Source: Candidatus Latescibacterota bacterium (GTDB lineage Bacteria > Latescibacterota > UBA2968 > UBA8231). From it: 64,000 bases of DNA. Shown piece after piece: positions 9,765-19,254 of this stretch (position 1 is the stretch's first letter; each line of letters begins with the position of its first letter). The notes under the pieces are model-generated. The model made no database searches. It was not told the DNA's origin and worked only from the letters and a program-made list of their open reading frames with translations. The position numbers were made by a program, and so were the translations under genes. Location of the stretch: NCBI GenBank assembly GCA_965223905.1, contig CBDCXV010000002.1, positions 96,001 to 160,000 on the forward strand. Reading direction: 5' to 3'.

Positions 9765-11093
9765 TCATTCCTCGATGCGCCGGCTTTCGAGGTAGTAGCG
9801 CTTCTCCTCCGCCTCGCCGAGGGAGAACGACTTCCTCGGCAGGGGGCCGTCGCGGAGGATGGTGCGGAACAGGCTCTGCTTGTCGAGGGCCTCGGTGAAG
9901 AACCCGACGTTGCCGGGCAGGCTGCCGAGCTCCTCCACCCGGTCGCCGCCGTGGATGTAGTCGACGCGGTGCCGGACTCCGGCGCCGCCGAGAAAGCTCT
10001 GCAGGGACGCCACCGCCAGCTGCTGCCGCGGCCGGTGGATGGTGGCGATACCGAGGCGGCGGTTGGCCACGAACGGCAGGTGCTGGGCGCCGCGGTCGAG
10101 CCCGGCGCGCGCCTTCTCCCACTGCTGCCGGTCCGCAAAATCGGTTACCTCGAGATGCGACCCCCGCGAGCGGCAGTGGTCGGAAAGCGACGACAGCAGC
10201 TGGTGCGCGTCCGCCTCGAAGACGACGCGATGGATCGGCTCGAAGCGCAGACCGGGGTCGTGCAGGTTGACCAGCTCCACCAGGGCGTAGCGGGCCGGGT
10301 GATCGGCCGGGGCCCCCTTGCGCCTCGCCTCCCCCCAGACCTCGCGGGCGGCCGCCAGCGAGTGATTGCCGTCGCCGACGGCGTAGAGCAGCGGGGCGGC
10401 TTCCCGGGAAGCGCCGTAGCGGGCGGCAAACCCTTCAGCGATGGCGGAGAGGCCGTCGATAACCCGGGCGATGCGGTCCGGCTCCCCGACGTGCCATCCA
10501 CGCAGATGGCCGCCCCCCATCATCAGCTCGAAGCCGTAGAGCAGGGGCAGCTCGTCCCGGCAGTCGAACAGCGGCTCGACCACGGTGCCCTCCGGGTCGT
10601 CGATCAACACCATGATGTGGGGCAGCTCCAGGGGCGCGCCGCGGCGGATTTCGATCCGGGGAGGCAGCCGCTCCGGATCGGTCGCCTCGGTGCTGCGGAT
10701 CAGGGTTTCGGCCCCCGGGGCGAAGCCGTACTGCTCCAGGTCGAGGCAGACCAGGAGCCCCTTGCGGGAGGGAGTGCGAGGGGTTTCGCGGTCGACGAGG
10801 ACGAACCCGGCCGGCAGCGGCTCGAGAACCCCTTCTTCGAGATATCCGCGAATCCGCCGGTTGATCCGCTCGATCCGCCGATGCCGGCCGGGATCGCCGA
10901 GATGGACCTCGGGAAAAACCGCGTGCAGCGTCGAGGGCTCGTTCCCCGCCAGCTCCTCGACCTGCCGCCAGTACTCCGGGTCGGTGGTATACTGGTCGCA
11001 GGCGATCACCGCCCAGCTCTCGAACGCCACGCCGGGGTGCGGCAGCAGTATCTCCGGAACCTGCAGGGCGACCTGCGGGTAGCCGAGCCTCAT
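9765..11093 (-). CDS. DUF1015 family protein
   Basis: WAVIACDQYT, IRSTEAT, LELPHIMVLIDDP, AVGDGNHSLAAA and LPRKSFSLGEAEEKRYYLE. Confidence 0.85.
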   Translation of the reverse strand: MRLGYPQVALQVPEILLPHPGVAFESWAVIACDQYTTDPEYWRQVEELAGNEPSTLHAVFPEVHLGDPGRHRRIERINRRIRGYLEEGVLEPLPAGFVLVDRETPRTPSRKGLLVCLDLEQYGFAPGAETLIRSTEATDPERLPPRIEIRRGAPLELPHIMVLIDDPEGTVVEPLFDCRDELPLLYGFELMMGGGHLRGWHVGEPDRIARVIDGLSAIAEGFAARYGASREAAPLLYAVGDGNHSLAAAREVWGEARRKGAPADHPARYALVELVNLHDPGLRFEPIHRVVFEADAHQLLSSLSDHCRSRGSHLEVTDFADRQQWEKARAGLDRGAQHLPFVANRRLGIATIHRPRQQLAVASLQSFLGGAGVRHRVDYIHGGDRVEELGSLPGNVGFFTEALDKQSLFRTILRDGPLPRKSFSLGEAEEKRYYLESRRIEE

Positions 11094-11094
11094 G

Positions 11095-11925
11095 CTACCA
11101 GTCCATCAGGCTGCGCAGGTATTTCACCGCCTTGGGGACCGCGGTGGCCTCGGCCTCGACGTCCTGTCCTTCGTAGACGACCGAGCACCAGCCGTTGTAG
11201 TCGACCCCTTTCAGAATCTCGAAGATGCGCGGGTAGTCGAGCCACTCCTCGGTTCCCGACTGGATGCGGTAGATCTTGCAGCGCACGTGCACGGCCAGGG
11301 GCGCGGTCTCGGCGATCGAGCCGTAGAAATCGAGGGCGGGATCTTCCCTGCCCCGCTGCCCGGAGGCGCCCGGGGACCCGATGTACTGCCCGGTGTCGAG
11401 GATGTGGGAGAAATACGGGTCGTCCACCTCTTCGATGATGCGCCGCACGTCCTTTCCGGTCCGCGTCACGCAGCCGTGGTTGTGGTTGTGCAGGCCGACG
11501 ACGACCCCCTGGCCGCGGCCGTGGGCGGCGACCTCCTTCAGGCAGGGGATCATCCGCGCCCACGTCGCCTCTTCGCTGTCCCCCTCGGGAATCCAGGCGG
11601 CGAACACCCGCACCAGGGGAATCCCCATGAAGGCGGCGATGTCGATTCAGTGTCTGGCCGCGGCGACCTGGGCGTCGAGCTCCTCCTCGCCGCGGACGCC
11701 GAAATCCGAGCTCACCCCGATGTAGGACAGGGCCAGGCCGTGATCGCCGGCGCGCCGGCGCAGCGCGCGCAGGTAGTCCGGCTCCTCCGAAGCGAAGCCC
11801 CGCGTGTGCAGGTCGACCCCGTCGAGGCGCAACTCCCGCGCCCGGTCGAGGAATTCTTCCAGGTTCAGGGTGCCGGCGGCGAACTCGTCCTTGTAGCTGA
11901 GGGACATGCATCCCAGCTTCAGCAT
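11095..11925 (-). pseudogene. Sugar phosphate isomerase/epimerase (xylose isomerase-like TIM barrel) interrupted by an in-frame TGA
   Basis: ORFs 11647..11925 and 11095..11628 are in the same frame: ...AAARH*IDIAAFMGIPLVRVF..., with the TGA at 11649-11647. HNHNH, LDTGQY and VYEG motifs are present. Confidence 0.75.
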
Positions 11926-12329
11926 GCGCTATCAACTCCTGGTGAATGATGGAGCGGTATGTCGGGAGAGACGGCAAGATAGGCCGCCCCCGTGACGGCT
12001 GCAAAGCGGTTCGTCGCTGGTTTTTGCAATGCCGCGGCGACCCTTTTCAACGGCAGCAGGGGGTGGTGCGAAACCTCCGCCCGCGGCCCTGTACGAGGGC
12101 ATAATACGCACGGGTGACATGGCGATTCGCCGGCGACATCAGATTGCACCTGCCATTGTTTGTCCCTATCGATAGGTCCGCGGCATCACGGATTTCTGCC
12201 GTCTCCGGAATCTCCGGCGAGCCCGCGGCCGCATGTCCGCCGATAATGAGGATCGAGGACATGGAAAACCGGACAACCAGGCAATCACCGGAGCACCGGT
12301 ACGCGCAGGCCAGCCCGCCAAAAGCCTGA

Positions 12330-13163
12330 ATGGAGCAGATGAAACACCCGAAAATCGATGAATCGGCAGATACGGCCCTGAGCGTGGAAGAAATCGAGTC
12401 CTTCCATCGCCAGGGATACCTGGTGCTCCCGGGCCTGATCGAGCCGGAGTACAACGCCCGCCTTATGGCGGAGGTGGACGAACTGGTGCGGCACCGCGAC
12501 GCCGGCGACCACCGCATGCTCGTCTCCTACCGCGAGATGGGCCTGCTGACCTCCCATCCCCCGGCGATGGCCGCGGTCGCCTCCCTGATGGGGGGATCCC
12601 GCTTCGCCATGCACCACATCCACTCGACCCGCTTCGACGGGGCCTCAGGCGTCGGCTGGCACCAGGATTACGAGCAGCACCCGCAGTGCAACCGCTCGCA
12701 CCTGATGGTGCACGTCTTCTACTACCTGAACGGCCTCAACGGAGAGATCGGCGACCTGCTCGTTCTGCCGCAGTCGCAGAACCTCGTGGTGCAGCGGGAC
12801 TTGAGAATCCTTGGAACTGCCGACCTGGAGGGGTCGCTCTGCCTCGACCACCTCGAACCCGGATCCGCGGTCGTCGTCCACTCCGCGGTCTGGCACGCAC
12901 GCCGTCCCAAACCGGGAGGCAGGGAGCGGCCGCGCTACTTCATCGACATCTCCTACTGCCAGAACGGGGTGCGCTGGCCGGCCTACCCGAACGTCGACGG
13001 GATCAACGCCAAGGCGCTGGAAACCGGGCTCGACCGCAACGGGCGCTACACCTTCCTCTACGACAGCTCCCGGTTCTACGACTACGGCGAGGTATCCGAG
13101 CGCTTCGAGGAAGCCAACCAGGGCAGCCTGGCGACGAAGCTGGTCCTTACCGAAACGGAATGA
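12330..13163 (+). CDS. Phytanoyl-CoA dioxygenase (PhyH) family Fe/2OG enzyme
   Basis: FHRQGYLVLPG, WHQD and the distal VWHA...R. Confidence 0.85.
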   Translation: MEQMKHPKIDESADTALSVEEIESFHRQGYLVLPGLIEPEYNARLMAEVDELVRHRDAGDHRMLVSYREMGLLTSHPPAMAAVASLMGGSRFAMHHIHSTRFDGASGVGWHQDYEQHPQCNRSHLMVHVFYYLNGLNGEIGDLLVLPQSQNLVVQRDLRILGTADLEGSLCLDHLEPGSAVVVHSAVWHARRPKPGGRERPRYFIDISYCQNGVRWPAYPNVDGINAKALETGLDRNGRYTFLYDSSRFYDYGEVSERFEEANQGSLATKLVLTETE

Positions 13164-13205
13164 CCGACCGGCAGCGGCAAGACTCCTGAGCCCGCGGCCT
13201 GCCTT

Positions 13206-14039
13206 CTATTCCGCCGGTTCATCCGGTGTCTCGGAGGAATTCCGTCCATCCGGTTCACAGTCGGCATCCCCTTCGTTTCCCGACAGTGTGCGGATGCGCC
13301 CGATGATCGCCTCCACGGTACGGGTCACCTCCGCGAGCAGGGCGGAACTGTCCTCCATGATCACCTCCGCCCCCTGGTACCGGTATCTCACCGCGTACTC
13401 CGTGAGCCACCCCAGGCGCTCGCCCGCGGAGGTGTCGTTCTCCCCCGGATGCCGGCGCACGATCGCCGCCAGCTGCGTCAGATCGTGAGTGTTCCGGTAG
13501 TCCGCGTCGAGCGCGGAGATCCAGCCCTTCAGGGCGTTTTCTATCGCCTGCTGGGCGTGAAAGCCTATGGCTTCCTGGGCGGAATTCGCCTTGACCAGGT
13601 CATCCAGAACCCGGAGCTCCCGCTCGGCATTGGCGACGCGCTGCCGTATGTCGGGCCAGTTGCTCGGGTCGGGATTGTCCCAGGTCACCTTGTCTCCATT
13701 CGCATCGAAGCCGTCGCGGACCGCCTGTCCGGCCACGTGGTTTCGCGCCCGCCGACCGTCGTGGAAGTCGGTCTCGCTCAAGTGCACGAGATCGACCTCG
13801 ACCGGGTCCCCGTACAGCTCCTCGACCTTGCGGTTGGCCGCGGCCCGGGTCCGCACGGACCTCTGCCCGTCCACCGGGCCGGGACCGGTTATGACCAGCA
13901 GGTCGATGTCCGAACCCGGGCTGAAGTCCCCCCGCGCCCGCGAGCCGAACAGGATGACGGTATCCGGGTGCACCGCCTCACCCACGGCCCGGGCGACTGC
14001 GAAGGCCTGCGGGTCTGGCGGCATCCGGTGCGTTTTCAT
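13206..14039 (-). CDS. Fused minimal nucleotidyltransferase-HEPN protein (start uncertain)
   Basis: ILFGSRARGD...SDIDLLV (MNT) followed by GFHAQQAIENALKG...THDL...RYRY (HEPN). Confidence 0.85.
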   Translation of the reverse strand: MKTHRMPPDPQAFAVARAVGEAVHPDTVILFGSRARGDFSPGSDIDLLVITGPGPVDGQRSVRTRAAANRKVEELYGDPVEVDLVHLSETDFHDGRRARNHVAGQAVRDGFDANGDKVTWDNPDPSNWPDIRQRVANAERELRVLDDLVKANSAQEAIGFHAQQAIENALKGWISALDADYRNTHDLTQLAAIVRRHPGENDTSAGERLGWLTEYAVRYRYQGAEVIMEDSSALLAEVTRTVEAIIGRIRTLSGNEGDADCEPDGRNSSETPDEPAE

Positions 14040-14189
14040 TGGAGACGGTTTCATGGCTGGAACTGCTACCTTCACGCTTCTCAAAAATTGGACCGGGCCC
14101 CTCCTGGTCCGTTACCTGAGCCGAGGCCTGCCGGGAGTATCCGCGTCCCGGGGCATCGGTGGCAGGAGGCCCTGTCTTTCAGCGCGGGA

Positions 14190-15635
14190 TCACTGCGGGT
14201 ACGAGGGCAGCTCCAGCCCCGACAGGTGCTGGACGATGCGGACGACCTGGCCGGCGTACCCGTACTCGTTGTCGTACCAGACGTAGAGGATGCACTGGCT
14301 GCCGGTGACGATGGTCGAGGTGGAGTCGACGATGGCGGTCTTCAGCGAGCCGATGAAGTCGCTGGAGACGACCTCGGGGGAGGTGATGTAGTCGATCTGT
14401 CCCTGGAGCGGAGAGTCGAGGGAGATGCCGCGCAGGTACTGGTTGACCTCGGCGGCGGTGGTGGAGCGGCCCAGGCCGAGGTTGAGGATCGCCAGGGAGA
14501 CGTTCGGGGTGGGCACGCGGATGGCGTTGGCCGTCACCTTTCCCTTCAGGTCCGGCAGCGCCTTGGCGACGGCGCCGGCGGCCCCGGTTTCGGTGATCAC
14601 CATGTTGAGCGGAGCGCCGCGGCCCCGGCGCGTCTTGCTGTGGAAGTTGTCGACCAGGTTCTGGTCGTTGGTGTAGGAGTGGATGGTGTCGATATGGCCC
14701 TGTTCGATGCCGAATCGGTCGGCCATCACCTTGAGCACCGGGACGATGGCGTTGGTGGTGCAGCTTCCCGCCGACAGCAGCCTCTCTTCGGGGCAGATGT
14801 CGCCGCTGTTGACGCCGTAGATGATGTTGGGGATGTCCCCCTTGCCGGGAGCGGTGAGGATCACCTTGTCCACCCCCTTCGCCCGCAGGTGCGTTCCCAG
14901 CCTGTCGCGGTCGCGCCAGACGCCGGAGTTGTCGACGACGATGGCGTTCTCGATGCCGTAGGCGGCGTAGTCCGCCTTGTCCGGCGAGTCGGCGTGAAGG
15001 ATGCGGATGAGGTTGCCGTTGACCACCAGGGCGTTCTCGTCGCGGTCGAGCTGCACCGTTCCCTTGAAAGGTCCGTGGATCGAGTCGCGCCGCAGGAGGC
15101 TGGCCCGCTTCTCCAGGTCCTCCCTGGTGCGCCGCTGCACGACGACGGCCCGCAGCCGCCACTTGTCGCCGCCGCCGCTGCGGTCGATGAGGATGCGCGC
15201 GAGCATGCGCCCGACCCTGCCGAATCCGTAGAGGACCACGTCGCGGGGTTCCGCCTTCAGCAGCTCCCTGCCGGCGTCGAGGCTGCCGAGCTCGGTGCGC
15301 AGAAAGGTCTCGAGGTCCTTGCCCGCGGGCTCGTTCTGGTAGCGCATGGCGAGCTTGCCGATGTCGACGCGGGAGGCGGCCGGCTGCAGCTTCCCGAGGG
15401 CCTCGAGCATCGCCGAGCTCAGCTCGACCGGCAGCTCCCGGTCGAGGAAGTGGCGGGCGAACCGGTGCGCCTTGAGGATGTCGATCGGCGAGCTGCGCAC
15501 CAGGGAGCGGCCGAAGACCGTCACCACGACCCCGTGCTCGCGGTACAGGTTACCGACGACGGGAACCATGCACTCGGCGACCGCTTCCCGTTGAACCCAT
15601 TCCTCGAAGTACGACTCGGCCTGTTGATCCTTCAT
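14190..15635 (-). CDS. gap: Glyceraldehyde-3-phosphate dehydrogenase, long form with N-terminal extension
   Basis: YGFGRVGR, GSCTTNAI, HSYTNDQNL, RVPTPNVS and WYDNEYGY. Confidence 0.92.
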   Translation of the reverse strand: MKDQQAESYFEEWVQREAVAECMVPVVGNLYREHGVVVTVFGRSLVRSSPIDILKAHRFARHFLDRELPVELSSAMLEALGKLQPAASRVDIGKLAMRYQNEPAGKDLETFLRTELGSLDAGRELLKAEPRDVVLYGFGRVGRMLARILIDRSGGGDKWRLRAVVVQRRTREDLEKRASLLRRDSIHGPFKGTVQLDRDENALVVNGNLIRILHADSPDKADYAAYGIENAIVVDNSGVWRDRDRLGTHLRAKGVDKVILTAPGKGDIPNIIYGVNSGDICPEERLLSAGSCTTNAIVPVLKVMADRFGIEQGHIDTIHSYTNDQNLVDNFHSKTRRGRGAPLNMVITETGAAGAVAKALPDLKGKVTANAIRVPTPNVSLAILNLGLGRSTTAAEVNQYLRGISLDSPLQGQIDYITSPEVVSSDFIGSLKTAIVDSTSTIVTGSQCILYVWYDNEYGYAGQVVRIVQHLSGLELPSYPQ

Positions 15636-15784
15636 GATCCGCTGCTCCCGTGCTCCTGTGTCCGCATCCAAGATACCGGCGCTGCTGCCGTCTTCTCGGC
15701 AATGCGGCTGAATCTATATTATGCGTTTTGGCGTTTCGCGGTTGCGATCCCTATCCGAACAACGGACATCCGGGCTACAAATCC

Positions 15785-16582
15785 ATGACCATCAGCACCC
15801 TGCATCCATCCTTCGACGATCTCGACACACGCCTCGCCGAAATCGAGGACCAGGGGTTCACGATCTTCCCCGGCTGGCTCGACCGCGCCTTCACCGCGGA
15901 GCTGCGCGCCCACGTCGACGCCGTCGCCGGACCGGTCGGCAAAACCCCCCGCAACGACCTGAGACACCCGATCCCCGGCGCGATCATGGGGCGCCTCGCC
16001 GCCAACCCGGCCACCATCGAGCTCGGGCGCCTGCTGCTCGGGGGCAACCCGGAGTTGCGCATGCGCGAGCAGGTGCTCATCCGCTCCGACCCGGAACCTC
16101 CGCCGTACGCACAGGAGCTCCGCTACCATATCGACGCCGCTTTCTGCCGCGCCGAGTTCGAGGCGGTTCCGAAGCAGGTCTACTACCAGATGCTCCACTA
16201 CCTGAGCACGGTGAAGCCGGGCGGCGCCGGCGTCCACATCGTCCCCGGTTCTCACAGGTTCTCCTACGCCACCCTGTTCGGCGACGACCCCGGGCGCGAC
16301 ACCGGCCCCCTCGACTCCAACACCTCCGGCGCCGGCCACCGCGTCGACGGCGTCGAGATCTGCGCCGAGGACGGGGACCTCATCGTCTTCAATCCCCTCT
16401 GCTTTCACTCGGCGTCCCAGAACCGGACCGACCGGCCCCGCTACGTGTACTTCACCTCCTTCTACGACACCTCGGCGGAGCGTTTGATCGAATTCGTCCG
16501 CCGCACCGGCTACCGCGACCAGTTCCCCGACTCGCTGCGGCAGGCGCTGCCGCCCGGGCTGCGGCCGCTGCTCTCCCCCTGA
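15785..16582 (+). CDS. PhyH family dioxygenase
   Basis: DQGFTIFP, YHID, IVPGSH and GDLIVFNPLCFHSASQN...R. Confidence 0.85.
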   Translation: MTISTLHPSFDDLDTRLAEIEDQGFTIFPGWLDRAFTAELRAHVDAVAGPVGKTPRNDLRHPIPGAIMGRLAANPATIELGRLLLGGNPELRMREQVLIRSDPEPPPYAQELRYHIDAAFCRAEFEAVPKQVYYQMLHYLSTVKPGGAGVHIVPGSHRFSYATLFGDDPGRDTGPLDSNTSGAGHRVDGVEICAEDGDLIVFNPLCFHSASQNRTDRPRYVYFTSFYDTSAERLIEFVRRTGYRDQFPDSLRQALPPGLRPLLSP

Positions 16583-16765
16583 AGCGGCCGCCTGCATGCG
16601 CTGGTGGGCTCCGTCACCCGGTTCGCCGAAGCTGTAGATCAGGCGCGGCACCCGCACCGGCCGGTGGTCAGCGAAACCACCCGGCTCGACTACCTGCCCG
16701 CGTGACCCGCATCCAACTCCGGGCGGCACACCCGCCCCTTTCCCGCACACACCTGAAAGGACCTG

Positions 16766-18364
16766 ATGAACCGACCCCCCGACTACCGCGTCATCTACAA
16801 CTGGGACGGGGCCCCGCACGGGTACTCTCCGGTCCCGCAAAGCCTCGAGGAGTTCCTCGAAGGCGTCTACACCCCCCTGGTCGACACCCAGGTCGACGCC
16901 CTTTTCTGGTGCGTCGGCGAGCACTCGGCGCGTTGGGACAGCGACTCCCTCGAGGTGGTCGGCGACCTGTACGGCCGCAGCTACGAAAGCGCCGCCGCCT
17001 ACACCCACACCGAGAACATCCGCCGCATGCTCGAGCGCGGCGAGGACCCGCAGGCCGCGGTCATCCAACGCGGGCGCGAGCTCGGCATCGCCGTGTACGC
17101 CTCGTTGCGCATGAACGACAACCACTTCAACGGCGCCCAGCGGTCCGCTCTCGCCACCCTTCACCACGGCGAGCTGACGGAGCTGCGCAGACAGCACCCG
17201 GAATGGCTGCTCGGGGAGCGCACCTCGGAGTGGTTCGCCCTCTCGTGGGACCTGTCGGTTCCCGAGGTGCGGCGCAACCGCCTCGACCACGTCCGCGAGC
17301 TGTGCGAGGGGTACGACTGGGACGGCATCGAGCTCGACTGGCAGCGCCACGGCTTCCACCTGCCCGCGGACGAGGCCTACCGCCTGCGCTACACCCTCAC
17401 CGACCTGCAGCGCGCCGCCCGCCAGGCGACGGACCGGGCCGGCGAGCAGCGCGGCCGGCCTCTCCACCTGGCGGCCCGGGTCGCCACCAGCCTCGAGGCC
17501 TGCGCCGACATCGGCTACGACGTCGAAACCTGGCTGCAGGAGGACCTCGTCGACCTGCTGATCGGCGGCGGCGGGGCGGCGACCGATCCCGCGGTCGAGG
17601 TCGAACGCTTCCAGGAGCTCTGCCGGCCGCGCGGCGTCCCCTTCTACCCCGGCTTCGACTCCGGCCTGCCCGACTCCTGGGTCGGCCCCGAGTCGTCCGA
17701 CCGCAAGAACCGCCTGCGCACGCGCGCCATCGCCGCGCGCCATCACCGCGCCGGCGCCGACGGCATCTACGCCTTCAACTGGCACGCCGGCGCCGAGGGG
17801 CCGCGGCGGCGCCTGATGTGCGAGGTCGGCGACCCGGCGGTCCTCGAGCGGCTGGACAAGATCTACGCCGTCACCCATCGCCACCTCGTCTACGAGGGGC
17901 CCTGGCGCGGAGCCTACCGCAACGACCGCCGCCGCGGGCAGGTGCCTGTGCCCCTGCGCCCGACCCTGACCGGACGCGGGCCCGTCGTCGACGTCGAGAC
18001 CGCGGAGTCGGGGGCGCCGCTGGCGGCCGAGCTGCGCCTGCACCTGACGGAGTGGGTGGAAGGGGACGAGGTGGGGGTGCGCTGGAACGGCGAGGAGCTC
18101 GGAGACCCGGTGGTCTCCTACAACCTGCCCGGCAGCGACGCCGACCAGCATTCGTTCGCCGTTCCGATCTCCCGGGTCAGCGGCGACGCCTGGCTGCGGT
18201 TTCCCCTCGACCCGGGGACGCTCGGCAGCGCCGTTCACAAGGTCGAGGCCATTCTCCGGAAACGGCACCCGCAGCTCGCCTGCGACCTCGTCCTCACCGA
18301 CGTCGAGATCGCCGTCGCCTGGTCGGAGGAGTACGCCGCCGGGCTGCTGCCTCCGCGGGGCTGA
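16766..18364 (+). CDS. Glycoside hydrolase-like TIM-barrel protein (GHL10-like)
   Basis: IYNWDG, ASLRMNDNH, YDWDGIELDWQRH and GADGIYAFN. Confidence 0.7.
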   Translation: MNRPPDYRVIYNWDGAPHGYSPVPQSLEEFLEGVYTPLVDTQVDALFWCVGEHSARWDSDSLEVVGDLYGRSYESAAAYTHTENIRRMLERGEDPQAAVIQRGRELGIAVYASLRMNDNHFNGAQRSALATLHHGELTELRRQHPEWLLGERTSEWFALSWDLSVPEVRRNRLDHVRELCEGYDWDGIELDWQRHGFHLPADEAYRLRYTLTDLQRAARQATDRAGEQRGRPLHLAARVATSLEACADIGYDVETWLQEDLVDLLIGGGGAATDPAVEVERFQELCRPRGVPFYPGFDSGLPDSWVGPESSDRKNRLRTRAIAARHHRAGADGIYAFNWHAGAEGPRRRLMCEVGDPAVLERLDKIYAVTHRHLVYEGPWRGAYRNDRRRGQVPVPLRPTLTGRGPVVDVETAESGAPLAAELRLHLTEWVEGDEVGVRWNGEELGDPVVSYNLPGSDADQHSFAVPISRVSGDAWLRFPLDPGTLGSAVHKVEAILRKRHPQLACDLVLTDVEIAVAWSEEYAAGLLPPRG

Positions 18365-18453
18365 ACCCCTCGCAGGGCTGCGGGCAGGACTGCGGCAGTC
18401 GATATTTCCGCAAACCCGCCGGCAGGGCCGGCGCGAAAAATGGCCTTACAGCT

Positions 18454-19254
18454 ATGGATCCTTTGAGGAAAGCACATAGTCGTGATCCGGTCGTGACCGT
18501 GGAAGGGCTGACTTTCAGCTACGGGGGCAGGCAGGTCCTGCACGGGATATCGTTCGCTCTGGAAAGAGGGGAGGTCGTCGGTCTACTGGGCCCGAACGGC
18601 GCCGGTAAGAGCACGACCATCAAGGTCCTGACCGGCATCCTTCCACCAGGCGGAGGGTCGGTTCGCGTGGCTGGCTGTTCCATGCCGACCGAGGCGATCG
18701 AAGCCAAAAAACGGATCGGATACGTACCCGAAGCCGCCGCCCTGTTTGAAAGCCTGTCGGGACAGGAGTTCCTGGAGCTCATGGGCCGCCTTCAGGAAGT
18801 CCCCGAAGAGGTTCTTCAGTCGCGAATTGGCCGATTCCTCAAGCAGTTTGACCTCGCCAACGACCGCCTGCGTCGTCTGGATGGGTACTCGAAGGGCATG
18901 CGCCAGAAGGTGCTCCTCAGCGCGGCCCTCCTTCACAATCCCGACGTGGTGATGCTCGACGAGCCCCTCTCGGGTCTGGACGTCAACACCGGGATCATGG
19001 TCCGGGACCTGATCGCCGCCCTGGCCGCGGAAGGCAAGACTATTCTCTACAGCTCACACGTCCTCGACGTGGTCGAGCGCGTGTGTGACCGCGCCCTGGT
19101 CATCCACGAAGGCCGTCTCATCGCGGACGGATCGCTGGAATCGCTGAAGAGTGCCACCGAGAGGGGCAGTCTCGAAGACGTCTTTCGGCAACTGACTCAT
19201 ACGGACGAAACGGTGAGTGGTGTTTCTGAAATCATAGAAGGTCTGCGGTCGTGA
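18454..19254 (+). CDS. ABC transporter ATP-binding protein
   Basis: Walker A GPNGAGKST, signature YSKGMRQK, Walker B MLDEP and H-loop SSH. Confidence 0.92.
   Translation: MDPLRKAHSRDPVVTVEGLTFSYGGRQVLHGISFALERGEVVGLLGPNGAGKSTTIKVLTGILPPGGGSVRVAGCSMPTEAIEAKKRIGYVPEAAALFESLSGQEFLELMGRLQEVPEEVLQSRIGRFLKQFDLANDRLRRLDGYSKGMRQKVLLSAALLHNPDVVMLDEPLSGLDVNTGIMVRDLIAALAAEGKTILYSSHVLDVVERVCDRALVIHEGRLIADGSLESLKSATERGSLEDVFRQLTHTDETVSGVSEIIEGLRS

Noticed and set aside
15721-19254. 1177-aa ORF that looks like a giant ABC ATPase fusion
   Set aside because: Only the part from ATG 18454 is protein-like. The rest is an Arg/Pro-rich off-frame read of two real genes.
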